The notes under the pieces are model-generated. The model was not told the DNA's origin and did not search any database. It saw only the letters and a list, made by a program, of their open reading frames with translations. 64,000 nt of DNA, from NCBI GenBank assembly GCA_964057225.1, contig OZ059898.1:11966001-12030000 (forward strand), given 5' to 3'. Shown here piece by piece: positions 1-14,200 of this stretch. The DNA is from Auanema rhodensis. Lineage: Eukaryota > Animalia > Nematoda. Every line of letters starts with the position of its first letter. The stretch's first letter is position 1. A program made the translations under genes and the position numbers.

Positions 1-2481
1 GTCAAGACAGACAAATGAAGTTAGAACAGGAGAGCTATGTCTGAGTAATTCTGAAGTCAGGCGTCCAACTTGAATATATCGCTATCGTCAACAACCACAA
101 AATAATAATATCTTCTTCTGATCCCGATATAGAAATTGTTTCAAGTTATTACTTTGTTTTCTCATTATTTAGGATCCAAAGTTCAGCTTAATCATTACAG
201 AAATGGATTCGAATTTTGCGGCAAAAAAAACAGAAAAGGAAACATAAAAACATTTTATTCATTATAACTTATGAAGTTCTTTTATTTTTTTATTTAAACT
301 ATTATTTTTTATATTTCATCTTAGTTTTCTTTATTTCAAACAAAAAGTTTTTTTTGTGGAGGGGAGGGTGGTTATGACATGAACCCATAAATCTGATCTG
401 TTTCCTCCCTCTGCCCCCTCTCTCTCTCTCTCCCTCTCCCTCTCTCTTTCTATTTTTCTTGAAGTATTACTTCTTATTACTATTCTTGAGTTATTACTTT
501 TAATAGTACAAGGACAAGTGTCACCCTAACAGCAAATGATCTTCCTGAAATCTTATAATCTATCTCTACATTGAAACACAAGTTTATTATAAACAATAGT
601 TTGTTTCTTTTATAAAGTATAAAGATAGTTTATTCTATATTTGCATGTTAGAAGGAATATTATCTTTTGATTCGTTTTCTATTGCCCTATTCCTCCCTCC
701 TCCTCCTCCTCTCTCTCTTTCCCTCCTTTCTCTCCATTTTCTCTCTTTCAATTCGAACTATATGTATTTTCAATTATTTTCATTTCCTTCTATTTTTTTT
801 TGTCAAATCTTAAGTAACCTACTTTAAGCTGGACACTAAAGAATAATCTTTGATTCAATTTTTAAATTTTTAAAATTTTCCACTAGGTATTTGGTAGTTT
901 TCTCTTCCGCTATAGAACGTTTTCAACATCTTAATCCAGATAAGAGATGATTATAGTTTTTCTCAGCAATTGCAGAACCAGCATTATGCTGAGCATTGTT
1001 AATGAAAGTATAAAAAATCTTAATATTAATAATCATTATTATTATTATATAATTGTATTTTTTTAGTTTATCACAAGAACGTTATTCTTTAAAATCTGCA
1101 GTATATCTATTTGACTGTACTGCTTGACACCATCAGTTTTAGGAGAAATTTTGGAAGTTTAAAAATAAAATAAAAGTTTTTAAAATGAATTGAAAATAAG
1201 CTTTTTATGCTTTAAAATTAAATTAAGTTGTTTAAAATGATTTTGAAATACGCAAAAGCTTTGAATTATTTATTTTGTTTCTTAAATCACCTTTTACCTT
1301 CAAGACGCTACAGAAGTAGTTCACTCTTTCCTGCATTCATGATCTCAATCATTTCTTTTTAGTTCAAATTTATTCTTATTTAGAGAAATAAGAATAAATT
1401 TCCTTCCTTTTCATCATTTTCTCAAGTACTTTGAAATCAAAATGATACTAATATTGTTGGAGTTATACTAATACTTCAATGACCTGTCTCTATACAGGCT
1501 TTAGGTTTGTTTCTAGCTGCAAATCCTTCCTTAAGTTTGTCTCTCGTTGACGTCAAACTTCTTTCTACTCTTAGATAATAGTAAAATTGACTATTCAGTT
1601 TGTTTATTCTGTTCGTTTCCGCTTCAGAAGTTTAAGATTCTCGTTTTTACTTCCAAATTATCTTTTGTATAGATTTTGTTCATGAGATAGAGAAGAAGAT
1701 GTAACTTCAAAACTCGAGTCAATATGATAGAATTCTAAAGACCCTCCACTGGCAAACGCCAAGAACCATCATGATCACATCTATCTTTCATATATTTTAT
1801 AAGTAAATAGCTTAACTATTTAAATATTTTATTTTTTTTTCATTTTTAGTTTTCAATATATGTAGATTAGTGGAACATTCATCAATTCTTTTGTTTGCTT
1901 CAAGTTTAGAATGATGTAACATAAGTTGCTCAATATGCTGGAAAATCGGAATCAGCTTATATGTATAAGTTCATTTTCAATTAAGCGTATCAACATATCC
2001 AAAAAGAAAATTTCGTCTTCAATAGCTTGAAAAAGGTCAGATTATGAACATTATTTGATGACTAGCTCATAGAGCATTTCATTCACTCTTTTCTTTACCT
2101 TGTTTTCAGAATAAAAGAGTTAGAGAGTCAAAAAGGGGTGGAACTGAGCAAAGGTACTAAAAAAAAATTTTAATTTTAAGATGATTACGAAGGACAGTTT
2201 TTTGGAAAAGCTTACTTAGAATTGAGTGGGGGGGGCCTGAGAAGGGATATAGGAGTGACAGAAGATCATGAATAGTTTACAGGTTTGACATTCATGAATA
2301 TTGGATACTGATGCGATAATCTTTTATGTTATAATCCAATAATTAGTTATAGTTTGGAATTTGTTTTATAATCTTTTTGTGCCGTTCGAAAATCATCCGA
2401 TTCCAAAAAATAAATTCAAAACAAAGTTCTGACTAGCTTATTTGAGTTAAGCAGAAGTACTGGAATACAAGAGAAGAGAAG

Positions 2482-2513
<32 letters not shown>

Positions 2514-3824
2514 GGAGAGAGAGAGAGAGAAAGAAAAGGGAGAAAAGAGTCATCTTGAAGATGACAGGGGAGAGAGAGAGTAGCCACTATGAAGATCACT
2601 AAACGAACCAACTAATTATACTCAAGCTTAATTCAATAAAAACTTGACTACAATCCAAATACAAAATAGTTAACTTCACTATTACTATTCGACAATTTCA
2701 ATCGTCTTCTGCTCATAGCATGAGCCTATATATAGTTCGAGCTTAATCTATTTCTTATCCTATCTGTTGGGCTATCTACTAGCCGATGCTGACGCTCTGA
2801 CTGGCTAGTAAGCTGGGTAAGCTCGTCTAGACAGCTTGATATGCATCACCTGAAAGCATTTACGTTGTAAATAAATGGTAGTTATGACCAAAAAAATGTG
2901 AGTCTCATGAGAAAAAAAGCTTTATCTTCAAGCTTTCCCTCTTAAAATACTTATATTAATATCGAAAGCAATATGTATAATCTAAATCATTTAACTTCAT
3001 CTGTTATATTATACTTTTAACTTAATTTTTAATATTATTAATGTTTTAGTTTATTGCATTTATTGCCTATAAACAAAGTAAAGAGATTGTAAAAAATTCT
3101 AAAGCTCTCTTATGTTTCTTAGAAAATAATTTTCTGATGAATAGTTTGTCTGACGTAGTTGTAGTAAAGTGGGGTGGCAAACTGCTTTGAGTTATGCTCA
3201 TTGAAAAAAATGTACGTGTTTGCTTGAACATGCCTGAACGTGAATCAAATGCATTTTTCTTCAATTATAAGCAATCAGATGTTTGAGCTGAACTGTTCAA
3301 TCTGTTCTCATATTCTTACTTACATCTCTACCTTCGCTTTGAAGCCTCTGAACTTTGATTCGGACCGCCTAATCTTCTCGGCTGGATGCCCCATTCAGAC
3401 GAGTTTTTTACCAACTACGGCAGACACGCCCCAACAAGTACACGCTACAAATATTTCATGCTTTTCGTGGTTCTTGAAGTTACCTCCCCCCCCCCACTCT
3501 TCTCATCACACACCATCTCTCTTCCATATCTGTTTATGCGCATTTCTCCTCTTGCTAACAAATCTGTGCTCTTCGTATACGTTTATAAGCATTATTTGAT
3601 TATTTTGTCTTCGTCTTAAAACTTGAACCAAATTAAATCAAAAAAAATTTTTTTTTAATTTGTAAGATTTGTTTATTTCTCCAATTTTCTCTATGAAATC
3701 ATGAGCTTTCTGACAATAATCTATTCAATTTCGCTTCATTCTTCTCATTTGTCGTTTCTGTCTACCGTATTGTTAATTATCTCATCAAAAATATCCGTCG
3801 TTTCATCAATACTTCCAGGTAGAA

Positions 3825-4516
3825 ATGTCTTCCCGACCCTTGGCCCTTTGCCTCTGCCTAGCTGCATTGGTTCTAATTGTTTCCGCACAGTTCCACGAAG
3901 ATCAAAGGGTAACATTTGCTTGTTTTCCTATAATTTCATATAATTTAGTCATAATTGACGAAGAAAAAAAAATAAAATAAAGAAGAAAAATCAATAGTAT
4001 ATATATAGTATAGTAGATATTATTTTATATAATTTATAATGTCAAACTGATTAGTTTTCGATATGAGATGTGATAGATGAGAATAGAGAATAGAATAAAC
4101 ATTCTCACATAAGAGACAACAAAAATAAATTTAAAAGGGATTAAAGAATGAAATCATTCATCTATCTTATTGAGATATTTCAGCAACAAGCTCTTTATGA
4201 TGAACCATATTTGGAAGATGAACTTATGGCTTACAAGAGAGCCTATGCTTTCCATCCATCACGTGGGAAACGAATGTTAATGAAGACAGAACAGGATAAA
4301 CGGTATGAAATCATTTGTATCTGAACGAATCGAAAACACAAAACATCGTTCACATCTCAATCTGCTCAATCGTCTTGCTTTTTGATTTTGAAATTTCATC
4401 AGAATGTTTCGGTGAACAGACAACTTGATGAAACAAGATTCTTTGTGGATTAACATTTATGATCTATCTATTACAGATATGGATATTTCCCATCTCGTGG
4501 TCGACGTTCAGCTTAG
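3825..4516 (+). CDS. Neuropeptide precursor (~80 aa) yielding AYAFHPSR-amide and YGYFPSR-amide
   Basis: Exons 3825-3908, 4184-4302, 4477-4516 joined by GT-AG introns give MSSRPLALCLCLAALVLIVSA|QFHEDQRQQALYDEPYLEDELMAY-KR-AYAFHPSRG-KR-MLMKTEQD-KR-YGYFPSRG-RR-SA*. It has a signal peptide, dibasic cleavage sites and C-terminal Gly amidation donors. A ttccag acceptor lies 6 nt before the ATG. Confidence 0.9.
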
Positions 4517-5324
4517 AATCAGCGGATATACTACTACTAACTACTATATACTACTATTCTACTTTACACTACTGCAATCATGGATGATGTTATCTTTCTC
4601 TTTGAATAAATTAAGAAGATCAGATTTGAAATTCCACCCCAAAATAAGACATCAATCCTGACCAAGTTTGGATTCGTATTAAGCTCGCCAGTCGCATACC
4701 TGTCTTCCATTATTATAATTTTTTTTATTTAAACATCAAAAACATGTACTATTTGCATAAATTGTTAACAGAATGTTGTGATATATATTCTTTATTTGAA
4801 CAAATTGTTTCAACAATCATTATCAGGCTTAAATCTAATGAATATAATATTATAAATGAAAAACTATACAAATTTTGGGGAGAACAAAGAATAAACAAGT
4901 TAAGAATAACAAATATCTGACCGGAAGAACAGCAATTCAAAGCATTTAACAGCTTTTTTTGTCACTTCTCGATCATCATTATTGTCTTCGTCACCACCCT
5001 CAACTCGTCTCTTCTCTCTCTCTCTCTCATTCTGGCTATCTCTCTCTCTCATTCTATTAAAGCTTGATGAGCATATTTTAGTAAGCTCTGTTTGTATATA
5101 TAGAAGGTATAAAAAGATTCTGAATGCTCATGACGTGAAATATTGACAGCCAGCTTAGCTTGTAGCTGTTGTATAATCATCTTCATCACACGCAGCACTT
5201 TATTGTTATTATCAATAGCAAACTAATGCTGCAACAGATTTCTATGATGATGAGAAGAAAAGAAAAAAACTTCTTACATGAACATGATTTTGAGAGATTT
5301 TGGCATAGCATATGCAAATGATTA

Positions 5325-5359
5325 TACGTGAACTACGTGTAGCTATCTCGTAATACGTG
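5325..5359 (+). promoter_or_regulatory. Cluster of three TACGTG motifs (HIF-1/HRE-like) upstream of the carbonic anhydrase
   Basis: TACGTG occurs at 5325-5330, 5334-5339 and 5354-5359, about 570-600 bp upstream of the ATG at 5930. Confidence 0.45.
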
Positions 5360-5929
5360 GACAGCTTCAATTTCATTTATGGTGCTATATATTTTGATAA
5401 GCGGTTGCATTTGATATAATAAAAAATATTATAAATTATAAAAATATAAAATAATTCTTCTTCTTCTTCTTTTCTCCGAAAAAATCTATTTTTTATTCCG
5501 GTACAGAAAAGAAAAAAAAATGAAGTATAAGTATTAAACGAAAGGTGAGATCTTGGGACCACCCAAAATGTACGAAATGTATTCCCACGCTTAGTGGAGA
5601 TTTCTAGATTATTCTTAAGATGAATACAATTTTCTTAAATACCCCCTCTCTCTCTCTTTCTTACTTTTTCTCTCTATCTCTCTTTATCTCTCTCTCTCTT
5701 TCTCTTTTTCTTTCTTTATCTTTTCAAACAATTCATGAACATGTTCTCTACTGTTACCTGTCTTTCCGTTTTTTTTTTCATTTTTATTTGATTTTTCGAC
5801 ATTCATTGGAATTTTCTTCTTATGTTCTTATCACACAACTTCTAGGATACTACTGACGAATACTGATTTTGAAGTGCAATTTGGAGCTTTCTTATCAGCA
5901 TATTTCATACAGACGTATCATAACCAACA

Positions 5930-7608
5930 ATGACAGGTACGTAGCTCAACTATTTTTTGAGATTTTCTTTTGATCGTCATAATAAGAAACGACAAATACT
6001 CGTGTTTTTACCATCAAAGAATAATTATTTTGAAGATCTTTTTTGATGATTTTTTGCTATGTAGGCGTAGAAAGTAGATATCCCCCCCCCCCACACACAC
6101 ACACACATACATACATACACAGAATACTATAGTATACTATACGAGATGCTGCAAAAATCAAATGAACAACAGTATTTCTTTTTACTCATTGATTTCGTTT
6201 TCATATAAATTCAATCATTTCAGCTCATTGGAGTTATTGTAATGAGGATGGATGTGGTAAGATTTTGATGATGTTTCTTCTTTCCTTATCTAAACATGCC
6301 AATCTCATGCTACAGGTCCAGCATTCTGGCCATCCGGAGATTGTCAGTCGCCAGTTGACATCAATGCATCGCATATTCAACGATTTGAAACTCTAAATGC
6401 AATCAAATTCATCAACTATGATCGCCCAATTCATGGTGATATTATCAATAATGGACATTCTGGTATGATAATTGAAAATATTATTAATAATACATTATTA
6501 TTATTATGAATTTAATTAATTTATATCAACAACATTTCCAAATAAAATGCTGATTTGTGCCTTTCATTGCTGTATATTAGAACCCCATCCCTCTATAATA
6601 GTCGGACTAGTTTATCAGCTCTCGTGATAAGATAATAGTATTGGTACCATATAATATTTTAAAATATTTAATATTAATTGCCAAATATTCATTATATGCT
6701 CTATATTCTTCTGAATATATACATATAGAGAGAAAGAGAGATGAGAAAAATACAGAAAAGGCTACTTTCAATATGCAAAAATGTTTTTTTTCAGTCCAAG
6801 TTGTTCCGGATCAACGAACTGAAGTACCGCAAATCTATGGCGGTGATTTGGATCAGATTTATCGTCTTATTCAATACCACTTCCATTGGGGATCTAATGC
6901 TTCTGAAGGTAATCAGGCTTCTTTCTTCCTTACGTATAACACTAATCAATCTTTACTTGTTGTCGCAATAAACAATTTTGTGAATGTGCATGTACTTTGG
7001 CAACAATAGTGAATTCACGCTTTGCAGGATCTGAGCATACTATTGGAGGGCATTCTTATCCAGCTGAGCTTCATCTTGTTCATCAAGGAACTGAAGATCC
7101 AAGCAAATTAGCTGTCATTGGAGTATTTCTAAACATCGGAAAAGATGGATGTGCTCTATCACAAGAGCAACATGTCTTAGAAAACCTGACAAAACCAAGT
7201 ATATCAATAACATTGATATCAAAGAGTAGAATTTCCATTTGCAGAATCCGTCAAGAAGATTGAGAATATTATTTTGAGTGACAAGCTTCCAGAAAATAGA
7301 CTATCTTTCTTCCGTTATGAAGGCTCACTTACAACTCCTCCATGCTCCGAATGTGTTACCTGGACCATCTTTGCAGAGCCCGTGAGCATCACTGAAGAAC
7401 AGGTTGGTATCATTTGGGCAGCTTTGCAACACAGTTGCAAACTGATTTGTTTTCCCATTCACCTTACTTCTCTAATCTAATATTCATTTTGTTTCAGCTG
7501 CAACTGCTTCGTCAAGTTCATGATTTAAAGCACAAGCCAATCGTTCGCAACTTCCGTCCAGTCCAAAATATTAACAACAGAACTATCTATCACATCATTG
7601 CCAAGTAA
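5930..7608 (+). CDS. cah-3: Alpha-carbonic anhydrase, cytosolic, CAH-3 orthologue
   Basis: The spliced product begins [15 protein letters not shown]. It contains QSPVDI, NNGHSVQ, the zinc-ligand motif [30 protein letters not shown] and NFRPVQ, and ends HIIAK* at 7608. It is very similar throughout to C. elegans CAH-3 as recalled. Confidence 0.9.
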
Positions 7609-8006
7609 ATGGTTGTTAGAGTTGCGGTTTAAGTCCAATTCTTCACCAAAAAAAATTCGAAAATCCCTTGTGCTCTTCAACAATTTCTTAGTCAAAAATG
7701 TTTTGAAATCAGTAAAAATGTTAGGATTAATAGTTAAAAATAATACATTATAGTATATCTGTGTATATAAATTAATAAAATTTTCTTTTTTTCTTCAATA
7801 ATCTGTCTTCAAAAATGAATAATGAACATGATTTATGTATGAAACAGTTTGAATAATCCCATTATATATTTATACATACATACAAGTGAAATGAGAAAAA
7901 TAGGTTAAATTAAGAAAAAAAAATCAAAAATTAAAGAAATTTGGAGTAAAATATCAATATTTATAGAAGTTTTCCAGAAGAAAAATTGGTATGACTCATC
8001 ATTGCC

Positions 8007-8076
8007 TTATTGTTCGATGACTGAAATAAAAATTTTTTTAAAAATACTTCTTGTAATCTTCTTATAAATCTTTGTA

Positions 8077-8138
<62 letters not shown>

Positions 8139-9213
8139 TACTAATCTATATTCTCTATACTAGTAAGAAGAACAAGGATAAATAAAAGAATCTGAAAAAA
8201 ATAGAAAAATCGGTTGAATGAATGGTATTGGTTACACGTGAAAAAATATGTGAAAACAAGTTCAGTCAATTCTGAGGACTTCATTTTTAACTAAACAGAC
8301 TTAAGAACTGGTTGTTTCTCAGATGTTCGCACTAAACAAAGTCATAATTCTTCTAATATTGAAAGAACTCATTCACAGTTTCGTTTGCGATTAAAAATAA
8401 TTTTTTATGGCTTAGGAACACTGGTTTTTGTAACAAATTCTTTTCGATTGTATGGTGATGAAGCAACGCAAAGACAAATTAAAATAGATGTTTCACAGTA
8501 CCTTCAATGGTTGTCTTGATGGTTGGCTCAACATGTCGAAGCTTGTTGTGATCAAATTGAGCAGCCAAGTCCATAGACTTCTCACGAGCCAAATCTGTAA
8601 GCATACAGTTCTTATTAAGCTAATCCAACAGATTGTTCGTTTTCGGAAGAGATTAGTATGTGATTAGTTCTCAAACTAACAAACAGAACCGTTAAATCGA
8701 AGAAAAACAAATAAACAAATACAAACCTTCCTTAGACGGCAAGACGACTTTTTCCGATGTTTCCGTATGCTTCAGTTTTTCGGGCGAGAACGTCTCAATT
8801 CCCTGGGTCAATTCTTGATGGGTTTTTTCAGCCTTAATATCTAAACGAAAAGGTTTATTTAAACAACTTTAATATAAAACCTTACCATCAGAGGAAGGTA
8901 AGACAACTTTTTCTTGTGTTTGAGTCTTATTCAATTGATCAGATGGGAAATTCTCAATGCCGCTCATCATCTGAACATGGTTACGTTCTTGAACAACATC
9001 TGGAAGAAATATAATCTATATAATACTATATGTATATAAAGAAAACAAAATGTGAACATTTGGCTTTGTTAAATCAAATCGTCAATAGTACAAACCTTCT
9101 TTGGTTGGTAAAACATTTTTTTCATGAGTTTCAACCTTACGAAGCTCTACTTTTCCAGTAACTTTTTCAGCAATATCGACAGGAATCTTAGGGAGATCAG
9201 CAAGAGTAGACAT
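8007..9213 (-). CDS. tth-1: Tetra-thymosin beta (multi-repeat WH2/beta-thymosin actin-binding protein)
   Basis: Five exons give four repeats: LRKVETHEKNVLPTKE, LNKTQTQEKVVLPSSD, LKHTETSEKVVLPSKE and LRHVEPTIKTTIE. The protein ends VIEQ* (TAA at 8009-8007). The ATG at 9213 follows a tttcag acceptor. Confidence 0.92.
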
Positions 9214-9529
9214 TTTTAAATTGAACTGAAAGTATAAAAAGCTTAATAGTGGAATAATAGGACAAAAAATAACTGAAAAACACAACGAGATATAAACATA
9301 TATAGAAAGAGCGGAAATCGTACAACATCTGGAAATTGAAAATAGCTAGAACTGACATACGTGAACAAGAATGGACAGGAGAAACAAATGAATTTTGTGC
9401 TAAATGACGCTTTAGACGAAAGGGAAAAAAGATGACAACATTTATATAAAACAATAATATTAATAATCGCCACAAGTCACAAGAGCGAACGCCTAACATA
9501 TTGTTCATCATCAACCCCCCCCCCACCAC

Positions 9530-9561
<32 letters not shown>

Positions 9562-11239
9562 TTTTCTCATTTTACCTTATCATTTTTTTCTTTTTCTAAA
9601 CAGCGCTATTGATAGAGAAATCAAACGAGAAAAATTAAAAACATTCTCTTTTTCAGTAAAAAAAATACGAAGAAGAACAATGTAAAAAGTAATTCATATT
9701 GTTCTATGAATCATTAATAGATAACACATCAATTGCATAGAAAATCTGATATTAAAACTGAAAAAAAAGGATAAAAAGACAAAAATATACTCAACGACTA
9801 ACTTTGTCACCTACACCCACACATACAGTTATAATGATAATGAGCAAACTGGGGGAGTGAGGAGAAGATGAAAAATCAGCACAAAAAGATGAATGAAAAT
9901 AGAAAAAAAACGGCGGGAGAGAGAAAGAGAGAGAGAGAGGAAGAGAGAGAGAGAGGGGGGAGAGAAAATAGGAAAGAGATAAGTTCAATATGTTCATGCT
10001 TGATTACAAAAATGATTCAATAACTTGTGTACAAATAGGTAATGTACGCTTAGACAGGGTTTATATACATGTAGTTTCTCATGTTGTATTTGAAACTGGT
10101 GAGAAATGATGCAACCCAATTTCTTGTTGAGTATGACGATAAAATTGTGTGACAAAAGTCAAAAAGAAAAAGAAAAACATGGAGATTCATGAAAACAGGC
10201 CATCATGTTGAATTATATAGTCTGAGGGCATGTCGTTACGACCACACTTATCGTCGTGCATATTTAGCTCAGTGCCTCCTCACCAGCCATGATCACATAA
10301 ATATACTCTCCATCTTCTCCGCCTCCTTTTCTGTACAATCATCATGCGAACCTTTATAGTGCTCCTTGTTTACAGACAATTGCTTCATCAGAAACGACGA
10401 AGAGAATTTCACACTCTTTCTCTCTTTGTCCTTCTCTCTCTCTACCCCCCCCTCTCTCTCTATCTCTCTTTACCTTTCTGTTTTCATTTGATAGAAGGAA
10501 AAGCAATCTAAAGCAACGATGGAAAAGCATCAAAAATGACGGTGAAGCAACAATTAGGAAATTTGTTTGTGAAATGTGGATGATTGTCATTATAAATCAT
10601 GTAACGCATACTTAGTTCATGAAAACATTGACTGAACTGAGGAAGATAGCATTAGAAGAGTGAAAAGCATTCTGAAGAACAGACAGAAAGAGGGGCGAGA
10701 GAGATTTGTAAAGAAACGCAGATGACATTTCATCAAACTGGACGGATAGTAAAAGCAAAAAAGCAAAACCATGCGGCAGCAAAAACGAAAAAAAGGAGAG
10801 TTAAATCACGATGACTAAGCGGCAATCGTTTAACTGTGAATAAACTCGTCGTTGAGACGGGAGAACAGTCATCGAGTCAGCACAGCTGTCTCGCTACTGT
10901 ATCATCCTCATTGCGGGCTTTTCATCGGGTACAGCTTCAACATCGAAGTTGACCAGTTACTTAAACAAGCTCACACAAGCTTGTTTATCATCATCACATC
11001 ACTACCTATCTGTATAATGAAGAATTGAGCAAAAAACAGGCTAGACATATGAGCAGAGTGTAATAGAGGTAATAGAGATGATGAATCAGAAGTATAATCA
11101 TCTAGTAATATGACTAAGAATACAATCTTTCTAGACTATTTATAGATTGGAAATACCAATGAACGATTAACGAAGACATTTCGTATGAATGTTGAATCGT
11201 GCCTGTAGTTGAAAGACGATATTATGAAAGAAGAAGACT

Positions 11240-11285
11240 ATGATGACGATGATGACGATGATGATGATGGTGATGATGATGATGA
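11240..11285. repeat. (GAT/GAC)n trinucleotide microsatellite
   Basis: atgatgacgatgatgacgatgatgatgatggtgatgatgatgatga, with no convincing flanking exon structure. Confidence 0.8.
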
Positions 11286-14200
11286 AAAAGAAGTTTAGCG
11301 ACGTTGTTGTACAGAAAATTTGGTATATTTGAATGAGTACGTATGAATAGGTGCGAGGACAAAATGCGGGATATAAGAGTGAGTGAACACAGATGAACAG
11401 ACTAAAAGGAAATGGATCATGTGGTAGAATAGAGAGAGAACCACGAAATAATAAAGAGGAACGGATGAAATAGAGAAAGAAGTTTATAGAAACCGAAAAC
11501 GAGGACTAAGAGTGGAGGAGGGTTGGAACGCAAGAGATTGAAGAAGTGAGAAAGGTAGAAAGAGACTGAGAGATAATCGAACAGTAAGGCAAGGCAAAAG
11601 AAGACATTATGTAAGGTCGATATATTAATAGATTCATATATCCATGTATAGTAGGATGAAGAGGGAAAAACCCCGAAAAGAGTTGATCAGAATGGCGATT
11701 GAGGCAAAAAATGACCTCAACCTGTGGGGTAACTGAGCTGGAGGACGATCAGCTGGTAGCCGCCAGTAGCCGTCAAGGTGAACATTGATGGGAATCAACA
11801 ACAAACAACATAACAAAACTATTTTTTGGTTTCAAGTTGTGCTTACAACAGAGTTGACGAGACAGTTTGTAACCAAATTAATGAGAGAATAAAGAGAAAA
11901 TGCTCAATGTCTGACAGCGGGGGGAAATTAATAGCCATCTGTAGATAATAGAAGGCAGGGAAACACCAATCGACAAGACGGAAATAGACAGCTATGGGTT
12001 GAGTGTAAGAGGTACAGAGAGTTAAGAGAGTAAGAGAGAATGAGAGGGAGAATGTGAGGGAAAAGATTGAAATCGAGTGTGCGTCGGTGGATGGGTCAAG
12101 GCAGATGGTCGACAGCTCAACCGTAAGTAGACGAAATGAGGATGCAAGAGCTAGAAAAATGAGAGCTGGCTCATAGATGAAAAGCTGGGAATGGTCCAGC
12201 TGTCATCAATAAATATACAATAGGTCACCTGATAGACTGCCAACCAATATGAGAGCATTCACCATAAGATGAGAAAATAAGCTTGCGAGAATGAAAAATG
12301 AAGAGGAACTAGCAGCAGAGCTACAGCAGAAAGCACAAATGACTGTGCAAGCTGGTCGTGAACTGAAGACCAAAGGCGGGACTTATTCAGTCTGTTGTTT
12401 CGCATCTTTCCCTATTTGGAAACCCTGGGGGTGAAACATAACAATGAAAAATAGAACGAATACAGAAGAACAAAGTGAATGAAGAGACATAGAGAGATGA
12501 GAGAGATAAAATAAGTAAGAAACAGTGAGAAACAGGGATGTAATTGAAATTGACAAAGATAGAGAGAGAGAGGGTGTAAGAGCTGTAGTAAGAGGTAATG
12601 AGAGAAGAAGAATAAACAATTATAGTTTAGGAATTAAAACAGATTGAGACTTTTCATACTTCGACAACATACTTATTTCCAACTTTTTTGGTCAAAAATA
12701 TCTATCATGTATCTATTTATTTTTAAAAAAAATTCGATGAAAACCAGAAGAATAGTGATGCAGTGACTGATTGAGAAAAATATTTTTACCAATGGCAGTG
12801 AGGGATTACACTAAAATTACATGTAAAATTCCAAAAATGCCTTGGAATGATTGTTATTTTCAATTAAAGAAACTTGTGGAACATAAACCAGCAAGAGAGC
12901 TGACAAAGTGCTTTTAGTCGAGAAGGATATACAAGTTGTAGAGAATGACAAACAATCGAGAAGAACTATGAAGAGCAGAAACCAAAAATGGAAGAGGCTT
13001 TAACACAGCTAACAACAAACTTCAAATAGCTATATCTTTGCAATCTGGCTTGCTGTGTTCTTCTCAGTCAGTACTATTTCGTCCAAGACATGCATAGTGT
13101 TATCAAATAAAAACATATGATGTTTTGAATGAAGAGCAGGAAAAAAAAAGTTTAAGAGCAGCACATATATAGAGAGGAAACACTTGTAAAGACGAGTGGG
13201 GTGAAGCCGTAAAAAAAAAACATGAATGTAATTGAATAAGGCGAAAACTAAATAAATACAGCCAAATTCCGTTTCTTCTTCTTTGTTATATACTATATGT
13301 CTTAGATATATAAATGATATATAAGAGCTGTAAATACTTATTATTCCCTTAAGCATTCGAAATTGCAACATATGCTCAAACTATTCAAGTCTCCAGTCAA
13401 AACGTGACGTTAAGTACAAACGGGATGGAAGCAAGGAAGGCAGGGCGATAAACTCGATGAATCAAATACAAAGCATAAGCTTTAACTAACAATTGACCTT
13501 AGCAACTTAGATACAGCACAATATGCAAGAACAAGCGGTAAATAAACTAAAAAATGATGAAATACTATAAAAATTCTGAGAATATGCATATTTCTCGCAT
13601 AATATAGTAGATATAGTAAGAACAAACAATGTATATATATATATATATAAAACAATCTCTTAAAGGTAATAATCATGAACATCATCGTCATCATCATTGT
13701 CAAAATGTTAAAATAATATTATAATAATAGCATAAATAGAGGATCTGAAGGACAATTCAATAGCCAACAATGGTTGCGATCCTCACAGTTCTAAGAGCGC
13801 CAGGTTTGTCCTCCAGGATCAATCGATCAAATAGGAGGGGGGGGGCAGTCTAGGTCAAGGGACTCAAAATGAAAATTATGCAAGTAATTATTTTACAATT
13901 TTATTATAAAATTGAAAGCTATTTAAGATAATTTATAATTATTCAAAGTTAATTATTACAATGAATATGTAGAACGGCTTTCTCACATCTCACATTTTAT
14001 AAAGAAAAACATAAATAAGCATAAAGTAACATAATATTATATAGTTTCATATAATATTTTCTAGTATTATATGTACTTTGTACAATTATTATTTTAAAAA
14101 ATCAATAAAATTATATTAAAATATAATAAAATTATAAATAATAATATTAATAATATTGTCAATAGAATGCAACCGCACTTCAGCTTATAGTTCAATCTTA

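Noticed and set aside
1849-2275. Exon-like pieces on the plus strand (e.g. IKELESQKGVELSK, DDYEGQFFGKAYLELSGGG)
   Set aside because: They could not be joined to a start codon without stops or an implausibly short 23-nt intron, and show no recognisable homology.
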